DNA of 64,000 nucleotides, taken from IMG/VR virus record IMGVR_UViG_3300028844_004840, positions 1 through 64,000 of that record; one strand, given 5' to 3'. The translations under genes were made by a program, and so were the position numbers. Positions 9,780 to 18,846 of the stretch are shown here, piece after piece; position 1 is the stretch's first letter; each line of letters starts with the position of its first letter. Below the pieces are notes generated by a model that did not search any database, had not been told where the DNA came from, and saw nothing but the letters and a program-made list of their open reading frames with translations. The stretch comes from a virus (Duplodnaviria > Caudoviricetes).

Positions 9780-10576
9780 ACGTCAACGGATATGAAACCA
9801 AAGCAAGCGCATTGCGTGCATTAAGAGCCAAAGGCCATAAATTTGTAGGGCTACTAACAGCACCGGAAAGCAACCCCAAAGTATACAAAAACATGAAAAG
9901 CGGGGTTATGACTTCCCCCTTACATCTTGCCCCTGCAAGCGTTAGCGGTTGGAATGTATGCCCTCAAGCTAGTGAGGGATGTATAGCGGCGTGCCTACAT
10001 ACGGCAGGAAACCCCGCATATATGGCCCAAAAATTCAATTCGCGGAATGACAAAACGCGCGCCTATATCGAAAACCGCGCGGCGTTCATGGCTTTACTTG
10101 TGCTTGAGATTGCAGCGTTAGAGCGAAAAGCGGCTAAGATGGATATGGCTTGCGGCGTGCGATTGAATGCAACGTCTGATATTGCATGGGAGCGCGTGCC
10201 TGTAACAGTTGACGGCGTGAAATTTACCAACGTCATGACGGCTTTTCCTGAAATTACTTTTTACGACTACACAAAGGTGACTAAGCGCGCGATGGCATTT
10301 GCTAATAAATCCCCTCGCTGGCCCTCTAACTATCACATAACGTTTAGCAAGTCGGAAACAAACTATTCAGACGTCACAAAAGTTTTAAAGGCAGGCGGAA
10401 ACGTTGCAGCGGTTTTCGAGAAAGCTTTACCCGATACATGGCAAGGCGTGCCTGTAATCAATGGAGATGAAACCGATTTTAGACCCCACGACGGAATCGG
10501 CGTAATTGCAGGCTTGAAGGCAAAAGGCGACGCAAAGAGCGATGAATCCGGCTTTGTAATTCGAGGGGCTGTATAA
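9776..10576 (+). CDS. Gp88-like (radical-SAM-like Fe-S) protein
   Basis: CPQASEGCIAAC, RLNATSD, FYDYTK, YHITFS, GDETDFR, GLKAKG. Confidence 0.75.
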   Translation: MNVNGYETKASALRALRAKGHKFVGLLTAPESNPKVYKNMKSGVMTSPLHLAPASVSGWNVCPQASEGCIAACLHTAGNPAYMAQKFNSRNDKTRAYIENRAAFMALLVLEIAALERKAAKMDMACGVRLNATSDIAWERVPVTVDGVKFTNVMTAFPEITFYDYTKVTKRAMAFANKSPRWPSNYHITFSKSETNYSDVTKVLKAGGNVAAVFEKALPDTWQGVPVINGDETDFRPHDGIGVIAGLKAKGDAKSDESGFVIRGAV

Positions 10577-10708
10577 TGGCAGGGTGGTTTATTACAACCG
10601 GAATCGTACTTATTTTATACATTGTACTATAAAATATAGTGACAAAACACCTTGACGAAATCAACCGAATCGCCCTAATGTGGGTACAACCAAACAGAAA
10701 GAGAGACC

Positions 10709-10852
10709 ATGAAAACATCTGATAAAGAATACCGGACACAAGAAAGAAATGCAGCACAACGCGACGCGACACGTCAGCGGGGCGGATGGAAAGACGCGCG
10801 ACAAACAGCACGACGCGCAAAGAGTATCCGACGCAACGCAGAACGCGGATAA
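10709..10852 (+). CDS. 47-aa Arg-rich peptide (not in ORF track)
   Basis: Follows promoter cassette; MKTSDKEYRTQERNAAQR...RRNAERG. Confidence 0.6.
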   Translation: MKTSDKEYRTQERNAAQRDATRQRGGWKDARQTARRAKSIRRNAERG

Positions 10853-10923
10853 CTGAAAAAAGCCTTTGACAAGGCACCACGAATCGCCCTAATGTAGGGC
10901 ATAACCAAACAGAAAGCGAAACC

Positions 10924-11271
10924 ATGACACACACACCAAACACACCCCGCCGGATTGATCCAGTATTATTGCAATTCCAAGGGCAAGCGGATGTGCAACG
11001 CGCTCTTGACGCGGTAGCAGGAACTAAGGTCACGAAAGTTTCTTTCATGACAAAAAGCGGCAAAGTATGCACCCGTGCCGGAATGTTAAATTGCCATTCG
11101 CGTCGCAAGGGTGGAAAAAAAGGGGCGATTGCATCAAAATCGTTAAAAGACGCAGGCAACATTTGGATGGACTACAGCAACAAAAACCGAAATGACGGCA
11201 AAAAAGGTTTTTCCTTCAATCTTGGGCGTGTCATCGCAATCGGGAACGAATTGGGAACGCATCCCGAATAA
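10924..11271 (+). CDS. Sm/SH3-like beta-barrel protein
   Basis: VSFMTKSG..R...LN...FSFNLGRVIAI pattern; own promoter. Confidence 0.65.
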   Translation: MTHTPNTPRRIDPVLLQFQGQADVQRALDAVAGTKVTKVSFMTKSGKVCTRAGMLNCHSRRKGGKKGAIASKSLKDAGNIWMDYSNKNRNDGKKGFSFNLGRVIAIGNELGTHPE

Positions 11272-11513
11272 ACCACAGCCATAGCGCAAAAATGAATCGC
11301 CCGCTACGCGGGCTTTTCACGCCACATGCCACTAAAAAAAAGAACGGATTCCGGCGACCCTCGCCTTCCATACTCTGGCGCACCCGCCGTTTCCTGACCT
11401 CACAATCTTTATAGGATGATTCGGGGTAAAACGTCAACATGAAAAAAGCTGTTGACGTCTTAGACGAATCAGTCCATAACAGACTTATCGAAACGCATAA
11501 AAGGATTAGGACT

Positions 11514-12125
11514 ATGGGCTGGACATTTCACGGCTACAACTCACCACAAACGCACCGCGAAGAAAAGGCAGAAATTGAAAAACTTTGCACGTGGGAATGT
11601 GACAAAGCCGTGCGCCGTCCTGTTCAAACGTCAAAAGTCGGTGGCGTCTGGTATGTGGCAATAAAGGTGGTTCCCAAGGTAGGGCAAGGGCCTACGGTAG
11701 ATGCAACATACGTGACAGACCCTGATGGATCATACACGTTCTGCGAAATTTTCTTGACGTCACGAAACGGGGGGAAATGGGGATATAAAGATATGACTGA
11801 ATCATGTGGACCTAACGAGGCAAAAGCACCGCTTTCCCTTATCAAACGGCTATCAAATATCCACGACGCCACAAGCTACGCTACACAATGGCGGGACGCG
11901 TGTAAGGCACATGCGCAATCAAAACCCCCTGCGTTGCGAGCTGGCGACGTCATAAAAACCCGCCCCATTGCATTGACCAACGGTAGCAGCGTGCAATCGT
12001 TTCGCGTGGATACCTACCGCCAAAAAAGACGCAACCACAAGGTGTTTTTCAGCCTAGAAAATGGGGGAACGTATCGGCTACAACGTCAACACCTTGTAGG
12101 GCTTGAAATTATTTCAAGGGCTTGA
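11514..12125 (+). CDS. DUF6927-like protein
   Basis: MGW start after AAGGA; WGYKDMTESCGP..KAP...WR..C. Confidence 0.7.
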   Translation: MGWTFHGYNSPQTHREEKAEIEKLCTWECDKAVRRPVQTSKVGGVWYVAIKVVPKVGQGPTVDATYVTDPDGSYTFCEIFLTSRNGGKWGYKDMTESCGPNEAKAPLSLIKRLSNIHDATSYATQWRDACKAHAQSKPPALRAGDVIKTRPIALTNGSSVQSFRVDTYRQKRRNHKVFFSLENGGTYRLQRQHLVGLEIISRA

Positions 12126-12195
12126 AAAAATCTATTGACGTCTAAGACGAATCAACCTATAACTAACTTATCGGAACGCAGCAAAGGTTAGACCC

Positions 12196-12426
12196 ATGAA
12201 CAACGCAGTATTCAACACCGTTATGACAAGCAAAACAATCGCCAAGTTTCGCAGTGAAAACCCTTTGGAGGTAGGTAGAGTGGGTGATTACACGTTTTAT
12301 GAATGCCCACGCCGAGGGGATGAAAGCCCCCTGTATGCCACAGACGGAAACGGCACGTGGGGAAAAACCCATCACTGGGAAGTCCCAAGCATTGAAGAAA
12401 TTGCAGCATTTGAGGTGGTGGCGTAA
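12196..12426 (+). CDS. hypothetical cassette protein
   Basis: Own promoter; FYECPRRGDESPL. Confidence 0.75.
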   Translation: MNNAVFNTVMTSKTIAKFRSENPLEVGRVGDYTFYECPRRGDESPLYATDGNGTWGKTHHWEVPSIEEIAAFEVVA

Positions 12427-12468
12427 AGCCCCACCCACCACAACCACCCAACAGAACGGAGAACGAAA

Positions 12469-12876
12469 ATGTCTAAACTAGCCATATTAGCCCTTACAGC
12501 CCTAACCACTTGCGGATCGATTGCAGCAGCAGACACCTGGCAAGGGGATGACTTCCACGCGCCTATAGAGGGCTTTGGAGGGATTGGATTGAATGATTTA
12601 CAAGCGTATGCACATGGGCTTGCAAATATCGTTATATGCGAAGCTGGCGAATCCACATGCGAACATGACTTATGGTCCTATGATATTAAGATGACTGCAA
12701 GTATTAGCGAATCATTGGGCAATGATAGTATCCTACATCCAGAGGTTTTAGAGGCATACGTATTGGCGATTACTAACATTGTATTATGCGAAAAACGCGC
12801 GGCGCAATGTGAATATGATATTTTGACGTTTGATCTAGAATTTGCTCATACTGTTCACGCGTTATTAGGTGAATAA
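12469..12876 (+). CDS. exported protein with internal duplication
   Basis: Signal-peptide-like N-terminus; two L.AY...NIV.CE...CE.D...D repeats. Confidence 0.7.
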   Translation: MSKLAILALTALTTCGSIAAADTWQGDDFHAPIEGFGGIGLNDLQAYAHGLANIVICEAGESTCEHDLWSYDIKMTASISESLGNDSILHPEVLEAYVLAITNIVLCEKRAAQCEYDILTFDLEFAHTVHALLGE

Positions 12877-12943
12877 AGTTCTTGACGGAAAGCACCGAAT
12901 CGCCTAAAAAGGTTATATCGAAACACAAACAAGGATTAAAACA

Positions 12944-13123
12944 ATGACATTCTCGAACGCAGTTAAAAAAGAACTCCGCACCGCATTTGGCCCAAAATGG
13001 GCGGCAAGCGCTGCGATGTGGGCTGTCATTGTTTCAGGTCTTTGTGTGGTAGGTGTAACAGGCGTTCAGGCGTTACAAGTTTCTGAAACGCTTGGAAACA
13101 CAATTGCAAATTCAATGTATTGA
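12944..13123 (+). CDS. 59-aa membrane peptide (not in ORF track)
   Basis: Promoter and AAGGA SD; one hydrophobic helix. Confidence 0.65.
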   Translation: MTFSNAVKKELRTAFGPKWAASAAMWAVIVSGLCVVGVTGVQALQVSETLGNTIANSMY

Positions 13124-13198
13124 AAAAAGCCCTTGACGTAGAACGTCGAATCGGTTAAATTAATTATATCGAAACACACAACTGAGAAAGACTAAGTT

Positions 13199-13345
13199 AT
13201 GAAAATTGTACCAGCAAACGCCACAATATTCCAAGGGTTCGAAACATGGGCAATCACAAACCCCCTTGAAGCCTTAGTTTTAGTACTTATTTCTTTCACT
13301 GTTTTCTGTTACGGAAACGCCTTAAAAGACGCATTTAGAGGGTAA
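13199..13345 (+). CDS. 48-aa membrane peptide (not in ORF track)
   Basis: Follows promoter cassette; hydrophobic helix. Confidence 0.55.
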   Translation: MKIVPANATIFQGFETWAITNPLEALVLVLISFTVFCYGNALKDAFRG

Positions 13346-13349
13346 TATA

Positions 13350-13616
13350 ATGGCCTACATTGAAACTACTATTTATGTGCAAACTAAATCCGGTACGGAG
13401 TACGAATTAGACGTATACGTAGAGGCGTGTGTAACTGAGGGCGGGGCGGATAGATACGGGTCAGATGATCCTTCATGGGTAGACGTGGAAGATGTGCGCG
13501 TGACCTCCCCCACAACAGGGCGGAATGTAGGTAGACACATCCTAGAAAGCCTAACCGCAACCCAACTGGCAGCGATAGACAGTGCCTTGATTGAGGCACA
13601 TCAAACACACTGGTAG
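13350..13616 (+). CDS. hypothetical protein
   Basis: 88-aa ORF with GAGG SD. Confidence 0.7.
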   Translation: MAYIETTIYVQTKSGTEYELDVYVEACVTEGGADRYGSDDPSWVDVEDVRVTSPTTGRNVGRHILESLTATQLAAIDSALIEAHQTHW

Positions 13617-14200
13617 GCCACCACCCACCACCCACCACCACACGCCCCGCTCAATGCGGGGTGAAAGCGTTAGGGCACGTACACACACACACCAACCCAC
13701 CACACAACACACACCAACCCACCACACAACACACCCCCACCCACCCACCACAGCACCAAACGCGCCAACGTGTGACAACTATTCTAATTAGACACCCCCC
13801 ACCCCCCACCCCCTACCACAGGAACACACCAACAAGGGCGCACCCACCACACGCTGATCATATCCACACGCCACGGCGTGCCGTATGCGGTATGCAGGAT
13901 GTAGGACAGGGCAGGGCAGGGCAGGCACCGCCTTTATTGCACATACACGTGCCCCATACGCCCACACCCCCCACCACGGCAGCGCGAACAATACTAACCG
14001 ATGTAGAGAAGGCAGGGACAACCTAACGCGCATAGCGATGCATAGCGGTTTATATGTGGGGCAGGCGGGACACCACCCACCCACCCACCCACCACAGGGC
14101 GCAGGCACAACTACCTACCCACACATAGACTGAACTATGTGTAGGCATAGGGCAGGCGTGCCCCCCACCCCACACCACGAGAGCAAACACACAACTGATG
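13617..14200. repeat. C/A-rich low-complexity non-coding tract
   Basis: Many CCACCCACC/CACAC units; strong strand asymmetry. Confidence 0.85.
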
Positions 14201-14509
14201 CATGTATACAACGCATGTATATAAGAGACATAAAGGCGTTGACTTTTAAAAAGTAAGAGGGACCCAAAGGGGAATACCCCCTACCTGATTCGGGCCTGTA
14301 AGTAGCTGTGGGGGTGTACCGTGTTAACATTACATGTTCACCTTCCGTACTCATAGGTACTGCGGACCCGTGGTCACAATGTTTTTCTGTCAGATTAACA
14401 CCCCCTGCCTATTTTAAAAATATCGTCCAAAAATTTTTTCAAAAAATTCTTGCAAGGGCTTCACATTTTCGATAATACTAGGACAACTGATTCATATAAG
14501 GAGAGAACC

Positions 14510-14830
14510 ACGCCCGAAATTAGTCAACAAAAATTAGACGAAATGCACCGACAGATCGCAAAACTCAACGCGCTGGAAGCAGGCGGCGTGGATAACTGGC
14601 AGTGGTATGGTGATAGCCTGCGTGAGTGGCGCGAAAAGAACGAGTTGGACGAGGCCATTGACAGTGCTCTAGAAGGCATCGATGATGTTCTGACGGAAGC
14701 TGATGTGGATTACTTCGCAGGACAAGAAGCGGGACACAGTATAACATTTGATTATGCCGCCATGAAAAAAGTCTTGGAACTACTGGTTTCGGAAGTAGTG
14801 GACATCGAAGAATCCAAGGAGAAGATGTGA
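14510..14830 (+). CDS. hypothetical protein (apparent ACG start)
   Basis: AAGGAG SD points to ACG at 14510; LNALEAGGVDNWQWY motif. Confidence 0.7.
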   Translation, partial: TPEISQQKLDEMHRQIAKLNALEAGGVDNWQWYGDSLREWREKNELDEAIDSALEGIDDVLTEADVDYFAGQEAGHSITFDYAAMKKVLELLVSEVVDIEESKEKM

Positions 14831-15153
14831 TGGAACACCTCCTAACAGAAACACAGCTTGCTGAACTCGAAATGAGTGCAACACAGGGAATCTGGGGACA
14901 GTTCTCGCTATCATACGGTCCGTGGCAAGTGGAGGCGAAAAAGCTGTGGAAGATGAATCGAAAAGCGGCAATCGCTTCGCAGGACACATCACACCACGTC
15001 TCCGCGCTACGCGCGCATAAACCAAATCGACTAGCGACATTCACACACGCAGATGACGCAGCATTCGCAGAAAGTTTGGTAAATCTATGGCTTGGTCTTC
15101 GACGCAAGTTGAAGCGTGCAGGGTTTCTAACTTATACAGGGAATAAGACATGA
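14827..15153 (+). CDS. hypothetical protein
   Basis: Overlapping start/stop with both neighbours. Confidence 0.65.
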   Translation: MMEHLLTETQLAELEMSATQGIWGQFSLSYGPWQVEAKKLWKMNRKAAIASQDTSHHVSALRAHKPNRLATFTHADDAAFAESLVNLWLGLRRKLKRAGFLTYTGNKT

Positions 15154-15332
15154 AATATCAAGACGGAACAATATTTATGACCGAAGATGAGGTTAGTGAA
15201 GCCGTAGAAATGTACATACAGCACAAGCAAGGCGGGGAAGCTTACGGAGTAACCTCAGGAGATAAGTTGAAAATACTCCCCGCCCCCGTGGTGTTTGACC
15301 AGCGCTATGACTTTATGGTGTGTTCAAGATGA
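15150..15332 (+). CDS. hypothetical protein
   Basis: 60-aa coupled ORF. Confidence 0.6.
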   Translation: MKYQDGTIFMTEDEVSEAVEMYIQHKQGGEAYGVTSGDKLKILPAPVVFDQRYDFMVCSR

Positions 15333-15662
15333 AACTTAAAATCCTTTCTATCTTACAAACACTATTCATTGGAAAACATTTGTCACCTCCTCAGAATATA
15401 ATTATGCTATGATGCAGCCAACAGGTATTGAACCGTCTTACTGTGGTCAGTGTGGTTCAACCTGTCGAGGATGTTTGAAAGCGCAATTACCCGACCACGA
15501 CTATAATAAGATTCCGTGGAAAGAACCGCTGCCTGCGCAGAAATTACCGCTTCCGCTCGCAACAATGTAACTTTTTCTTTGACAACTGACGCCGTAGGCG
15601 TTATTTGGTTACGAAAGATCAACAAAGGATTCGTCTTACGATTCTGATATAAGGAGATTCAC

Positions 15663-15899
15663 ATGAAGGGCTGGCGGAAGAGCACACACGGCGGACAGGA
15701 ATACTTTTGGCGCGTGACAACAGATCGTATCGTTGTTCGTATCGAAAAAGGACCACAGGTAGTTAACGAGTGTCTGTACAAATTCTTGAACATGGCACCT
15801 GATGATCTTGAGCGCAGCCGTTGGAAGGGAAACCCTCACAAAGCGGTGAAGCCTTCCGATATTGTAACCATGTTAGATAAGGAGTTGGACCATGCTTGA
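15663..15899 (+). CDS. hypothetical protein
   Basis: AAGGAG SD. Confidence 0.7.
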   Translation: MKGWRKSTHGGQEYFWRVTTDRIVVRIEKGPQVVNECLYKFLNMAPDDLERSRWKGNPHKAVKPSDIVTMLDKELDHA

Positions 15900-16173
15900 T
15901 TGTACCGTGATCCTGCGTAGCGTGCGCAGCAACCAACGGCAAGAAATGCGTATCACCGCCGACCGATTGTTGGAAATGGGGATTGTGAAAGGACATGAGG
16001 ACATTGGTATTCACCGTGATCCTAGCGGACCAACGACACACACCTCGATCCACGTAAACGAAAACTACATCATTCGTGTGGGCAATATTTATAGCCTAAC
16101 GCGCGGGGTGGAAATAGCCGAAGCTGTTATGGACAGCGGCGTAAACGTGACCTCAGGGACGCTACATTTTTGA
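15892..16173 (+). CDS. hypothetical protein
   Basis: AAGGAG SD. Confidence 0.7.
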   Translation: MLDCTVILRSVRSNQRQEMRITADRLLEMGIVKGHEDIGIHRDPSGPTTHTSIHVNENYIIRVGNIYSLTRGVEIAEAVMDSGVNVTSGTLHF

Positions 16174-16466
16174 AGGAGAATAACACTTGACTGTATTTGA
16201 ATTAGCTGATGAAGAAATGCATTCAGCATTGTTGGATGATGAATTTGACGAAACATGTCTCGCTGATGAATTCGGGTGGACCATCGATACTGAGGATGAG
16301 TTATGAGTGTTTGGTTTTGGAATATGTATAGGTGCTGCCGTGGAATTGGGTTTTCACATTACAAGTCATTTAAAATGGCGTGGGGAGCGAGGCGCGGTCC
16401 TGACCCTAAAGTAATTGAAGCAGCACGACAATATCGTCGCATTCAAGAACATAAGGAGAAGTCAGT

Positions 16467-16661
16467 ATGACGGAAAAAGTAATCCGCCGAGATAGCGCAG
16501 AATCGACAGCGATTTCGGTAGCGCAACAACGTTTGGAAAAACTTGGATGGAGATATGCTGCGGAAGACATCGGTGAATACGCCGCAAAAATTCTGATAGG
16601 AATGGACAGCCTACTAGACAAAGAAGAACGACGTAAAACAGAAGAGCAAGCACGTGGGTGA
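16467..16661 (+). CDS. hypothetical protein
   Basis: AAGGAG SD. Confidence 0.65.
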   Translation: MTEKVIRRDSAESTAISVAQQRLEKLGWRYAAEDIGEYAAKILIGMDSLLDKEERRKTEEQARG

Positions 16662-16863
16662 GAATCTTCCAGAGAAGTGGCATAGAATCGACAAACCCGA
16701 AGACGGTTTGTTTACGCTCATTATGTTGGCAGGACTAGAGACGCCTGACGGCGTCAGACAACCACCACTCTACGTCTGTATCAGTGATGAGGGATACCTC
16801 AGCGAGGCATTCCATTTCAACGATACTAGATGGCAACCATGTAATGGAGAGGACTTGGGATGA
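16654..16863 (+). CDS. hypothetical protein
   Basis: Coupled ORF. Confidence 0.55.
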   Translation: MGENLPEKWHRIDKPEDGLFTLIMLAGLETPDGVRQPPLYVCISDEGYLSEAFHFNDTRWQPCNGEDLG

Positions 16864-17054
16864 CAACGAATAGTGTACTGGAAGCTCTTGAATGGTTCAT
16901 TGAATACGATGAAACCAATGATGTACCTCATAATGGATTTTGGATAAACGGGTTTGAAAAAGCTCGAAAAGCGGTCGCCGATGCAAAAGGGGAACCATAC
17001 GCACCGTTCCACTGGAACAACTGGACGCCTGACTGGGAGAATCGCGGTGAATGA
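16860..17054 (+). CDS. hypothetical protein
   Basis: GAGG SD; coupled ORF. Confidence 0.65.
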   Translation: MTTNSVLEALEWFIEYDETNDVPHNGFWINGFEKARKAVADAKGEPYAPFHWNNWTPDWENRGE

Positions 17055-17376
17055 AGAACGACAATACATGATCCGCAAAAGTGGTTATTGGTATCGCCCA
17101 AATGCATCCGGATATACAAGCGTCCCCGCTGACGCGGGATTATTCAACATCGATGAAGTCTCTCTGTGCATAAAAGATAATAAAGAAGTTTCTTACATTG
17201 CACAGGCGGATTTTCTGAAAGAAGAGTTCTTACCCAGCCTCCAGCTTGCACAGGCAGCAAGTTGTACATGCCAAACGATGTCTCCGGAGATTACATATCA
17301 CAGCCCTGCGTGTATGTACCGTCTTCTAGAGGAAAGTCATCGCATTATCGAAAAAGGTCTGGTACAAGACAAGTAA
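17047..17376 (+). CDS. hypothetical protein
   Basis: GGGAG SD and GTG start; YWYRPNASGYT...AGLF. Confidence 0.65.
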   Translation: MNEERQYMIRKSGYWYRPNASGYTSVPADAGLFNIDEVSLCIKDNKEVSYIAQADFLKEEFLPSLQLAQAASCTCQTMSPEITYHSPACMYRLLEESHRIIEKGLVQDK

Positions 17377-17399
17377 TATGATTCGAAAAGGAGATTAAA

Positions 17400-17652
17400 A
17401 TGGAATTGTGGATATTAAAACCTGAGCGGGGCCTTGGCGCTAATAGCCCGTGGGAACCTTGGTATGACAAAGCGTTCGGAATGGTTGCACGTGCCCCCTG
17501 ATGAAGAAACTGCGCGAGCCATCGCGGCAGATAACGCAGGACGTGAGAAATTGAAAACGAATCCGTGGCTTGACCCTACGTTGTCAACATGTACAGCACT
17601 GGCCAAAGAAGGCGCGGCTGGATTGGTATTATGCGATTTTGCGTCTGCTTGA
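17400..17652 (+). pseudogene. small phage gene split by a +1 shift at GCC-CCC-TGA
   Basis: SD+ATG frame MELWILKP...PWYDKAFGMVARAP stops at 17499; +1 frame continues DEETARAIA...WLDP..STC. Confidence 0.65.
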
Positions 17653-17805
17653 AAATAGCAGCAGATACTTGAAATGCTGATACGCGTCAAAAACAAATGG
17701 ATACTCAGAATTGTCTGGCGACGTTGGGATGTTCCTAGCGACGTCACTGCCAATCACGGCTTGTGGATAAACTGGGTGTTCGAAATTAAAATAAAAGAGG
17801 AAACA

Positions 17806-18072
17806 ATGTTACGTAAAATTCATAAAACATTAAAGTATAATATGATGTACGGGATGTGGCGTATATTATCGGTTTTAGTATTCGTCTGCATGTTACCATT
17901 AATGGTTATTCTAATTATAAGTGGGATATGTGGTGTGGTGCTTAGTATTATAGGAGTCATTCTGTACGCCGTAGGGGAGCTTGGTCTAAGAAGTATGCAC
18001 ACCCCGCTGTATTGGCTTCAAAGCAAACTAAAAAAGACACGCGAAAAAATTCATGGAGATAATAATGCCTAA
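17806..18072 (+). CDS. membrane protein
   Basis: GAGG SD; long hydrophobic segment. Confidence 0.65.
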   Translation: MLRKIHKTLKYNMMYGMWRILSVLVFVCMLPLMVILIISGICGVVLSIIGVILYAVGELGLRSMHTPLYWLQSKLKKTREKIHGDNNA

Positions 18073-18568
18073 TTGGAGTAAAGTAGCACGAAATCGTGCG
18101 GAGAACGCCCGTAAAGCCATGGAATTGTTGGAAAATACAGCCAATAGTACCTATGAATTCACCCCAGAAGAAGGTTTAGAGCTAATTTCAGGGCTTCAAG
18201 ACGCGCTTGATAACTTAAAACTGGCATATAAAGATCGCTTGCCCGAAAATTCGGGTTTCGCTACCGCTGGGGACACGCTGAACAAAGATGAACTGATGGC
18301 ACTGGCTTCTCCTGTCATCGCTGTCGAAGCGGGCAAAGAGCCGCGCTATCCGGAAGACCCAGAAGTTCTTGCTATTACAAATTCACGAAATCCCGCCTCC
18401 GCTGGCGGACATGTCGTAAATACACGCTCCGACGAGCAACTGGTCATCCCGATGTGGACGCAGATCAAAGAATTCGTCGCTGCAGTACCGAATAACCAAC
18501 TCCCGGCTTATATTCTCCATATCGGGGGCCGTATGTACGAAGATGCCTACGAAATGGTAAAAAAATAG
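18065..18568 (+). CDS. hypothetical protein
   Basis: GGAG SD before ATG 18065. Confidence 0.75.
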   Translation: MPNWSKVARNRAENARKAMELLENTANSTYEFTPEEGLELISGLQDALDNLKLAYKDRLPENSGFATAGDTLNKDELMALASPVIAVEAGKEPRYPEDPEVLAITNSRNPASAGGHVVNTRSDEQLVIPMWTQIKEFVAAVPNNQLPAYILHIGGRMYEDAYEMVKK

Positions 18569-18846
18569 CGTTTTTCATGTATTTTGGTATTGACGACTGT
18601 GAATTGTTCCTTTATGAGTGATTTTGTCCACTAAACGGACAGAAAATTGGGGTCGGGTCAGTGACCACCGTAAGGTCGTCGTATTCCCGATCCCACGTTA
18701 CTGAAAGAGGTTAATGTGATAGGATTAAATGATATATTGGCTGCAGCAGTCCTAGCCACTGGAATAATGTTATACATGGACCACAGTGCTGTAATTGGCA
18801 CGTTGGAAGACATGGCTAAGCAATTAACTTTTGAATTGGCAATAGA

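Larger units (their letters stand above)
8359..13200 (+). promoter_or_regulatory. array of ten sigma70-like promoter+RBS cassettes (TTGAC-N8/9-CGAATCR...)
   Basis: TTGAC at 8359, 8675, 8944, 9393, 10652, 10866, 11452, 12135, 12882 and 13133, each leading to an SD and ATG; one more on the minus strand at 11437. Confidence 0.85.

Noticed and set aside
13384-14354. His/Pro/Thr-rich and Val/Gly/Trp-rich ORFs
   Set aside because: By-products of the C/A low-complexity tract; no convincing SD.
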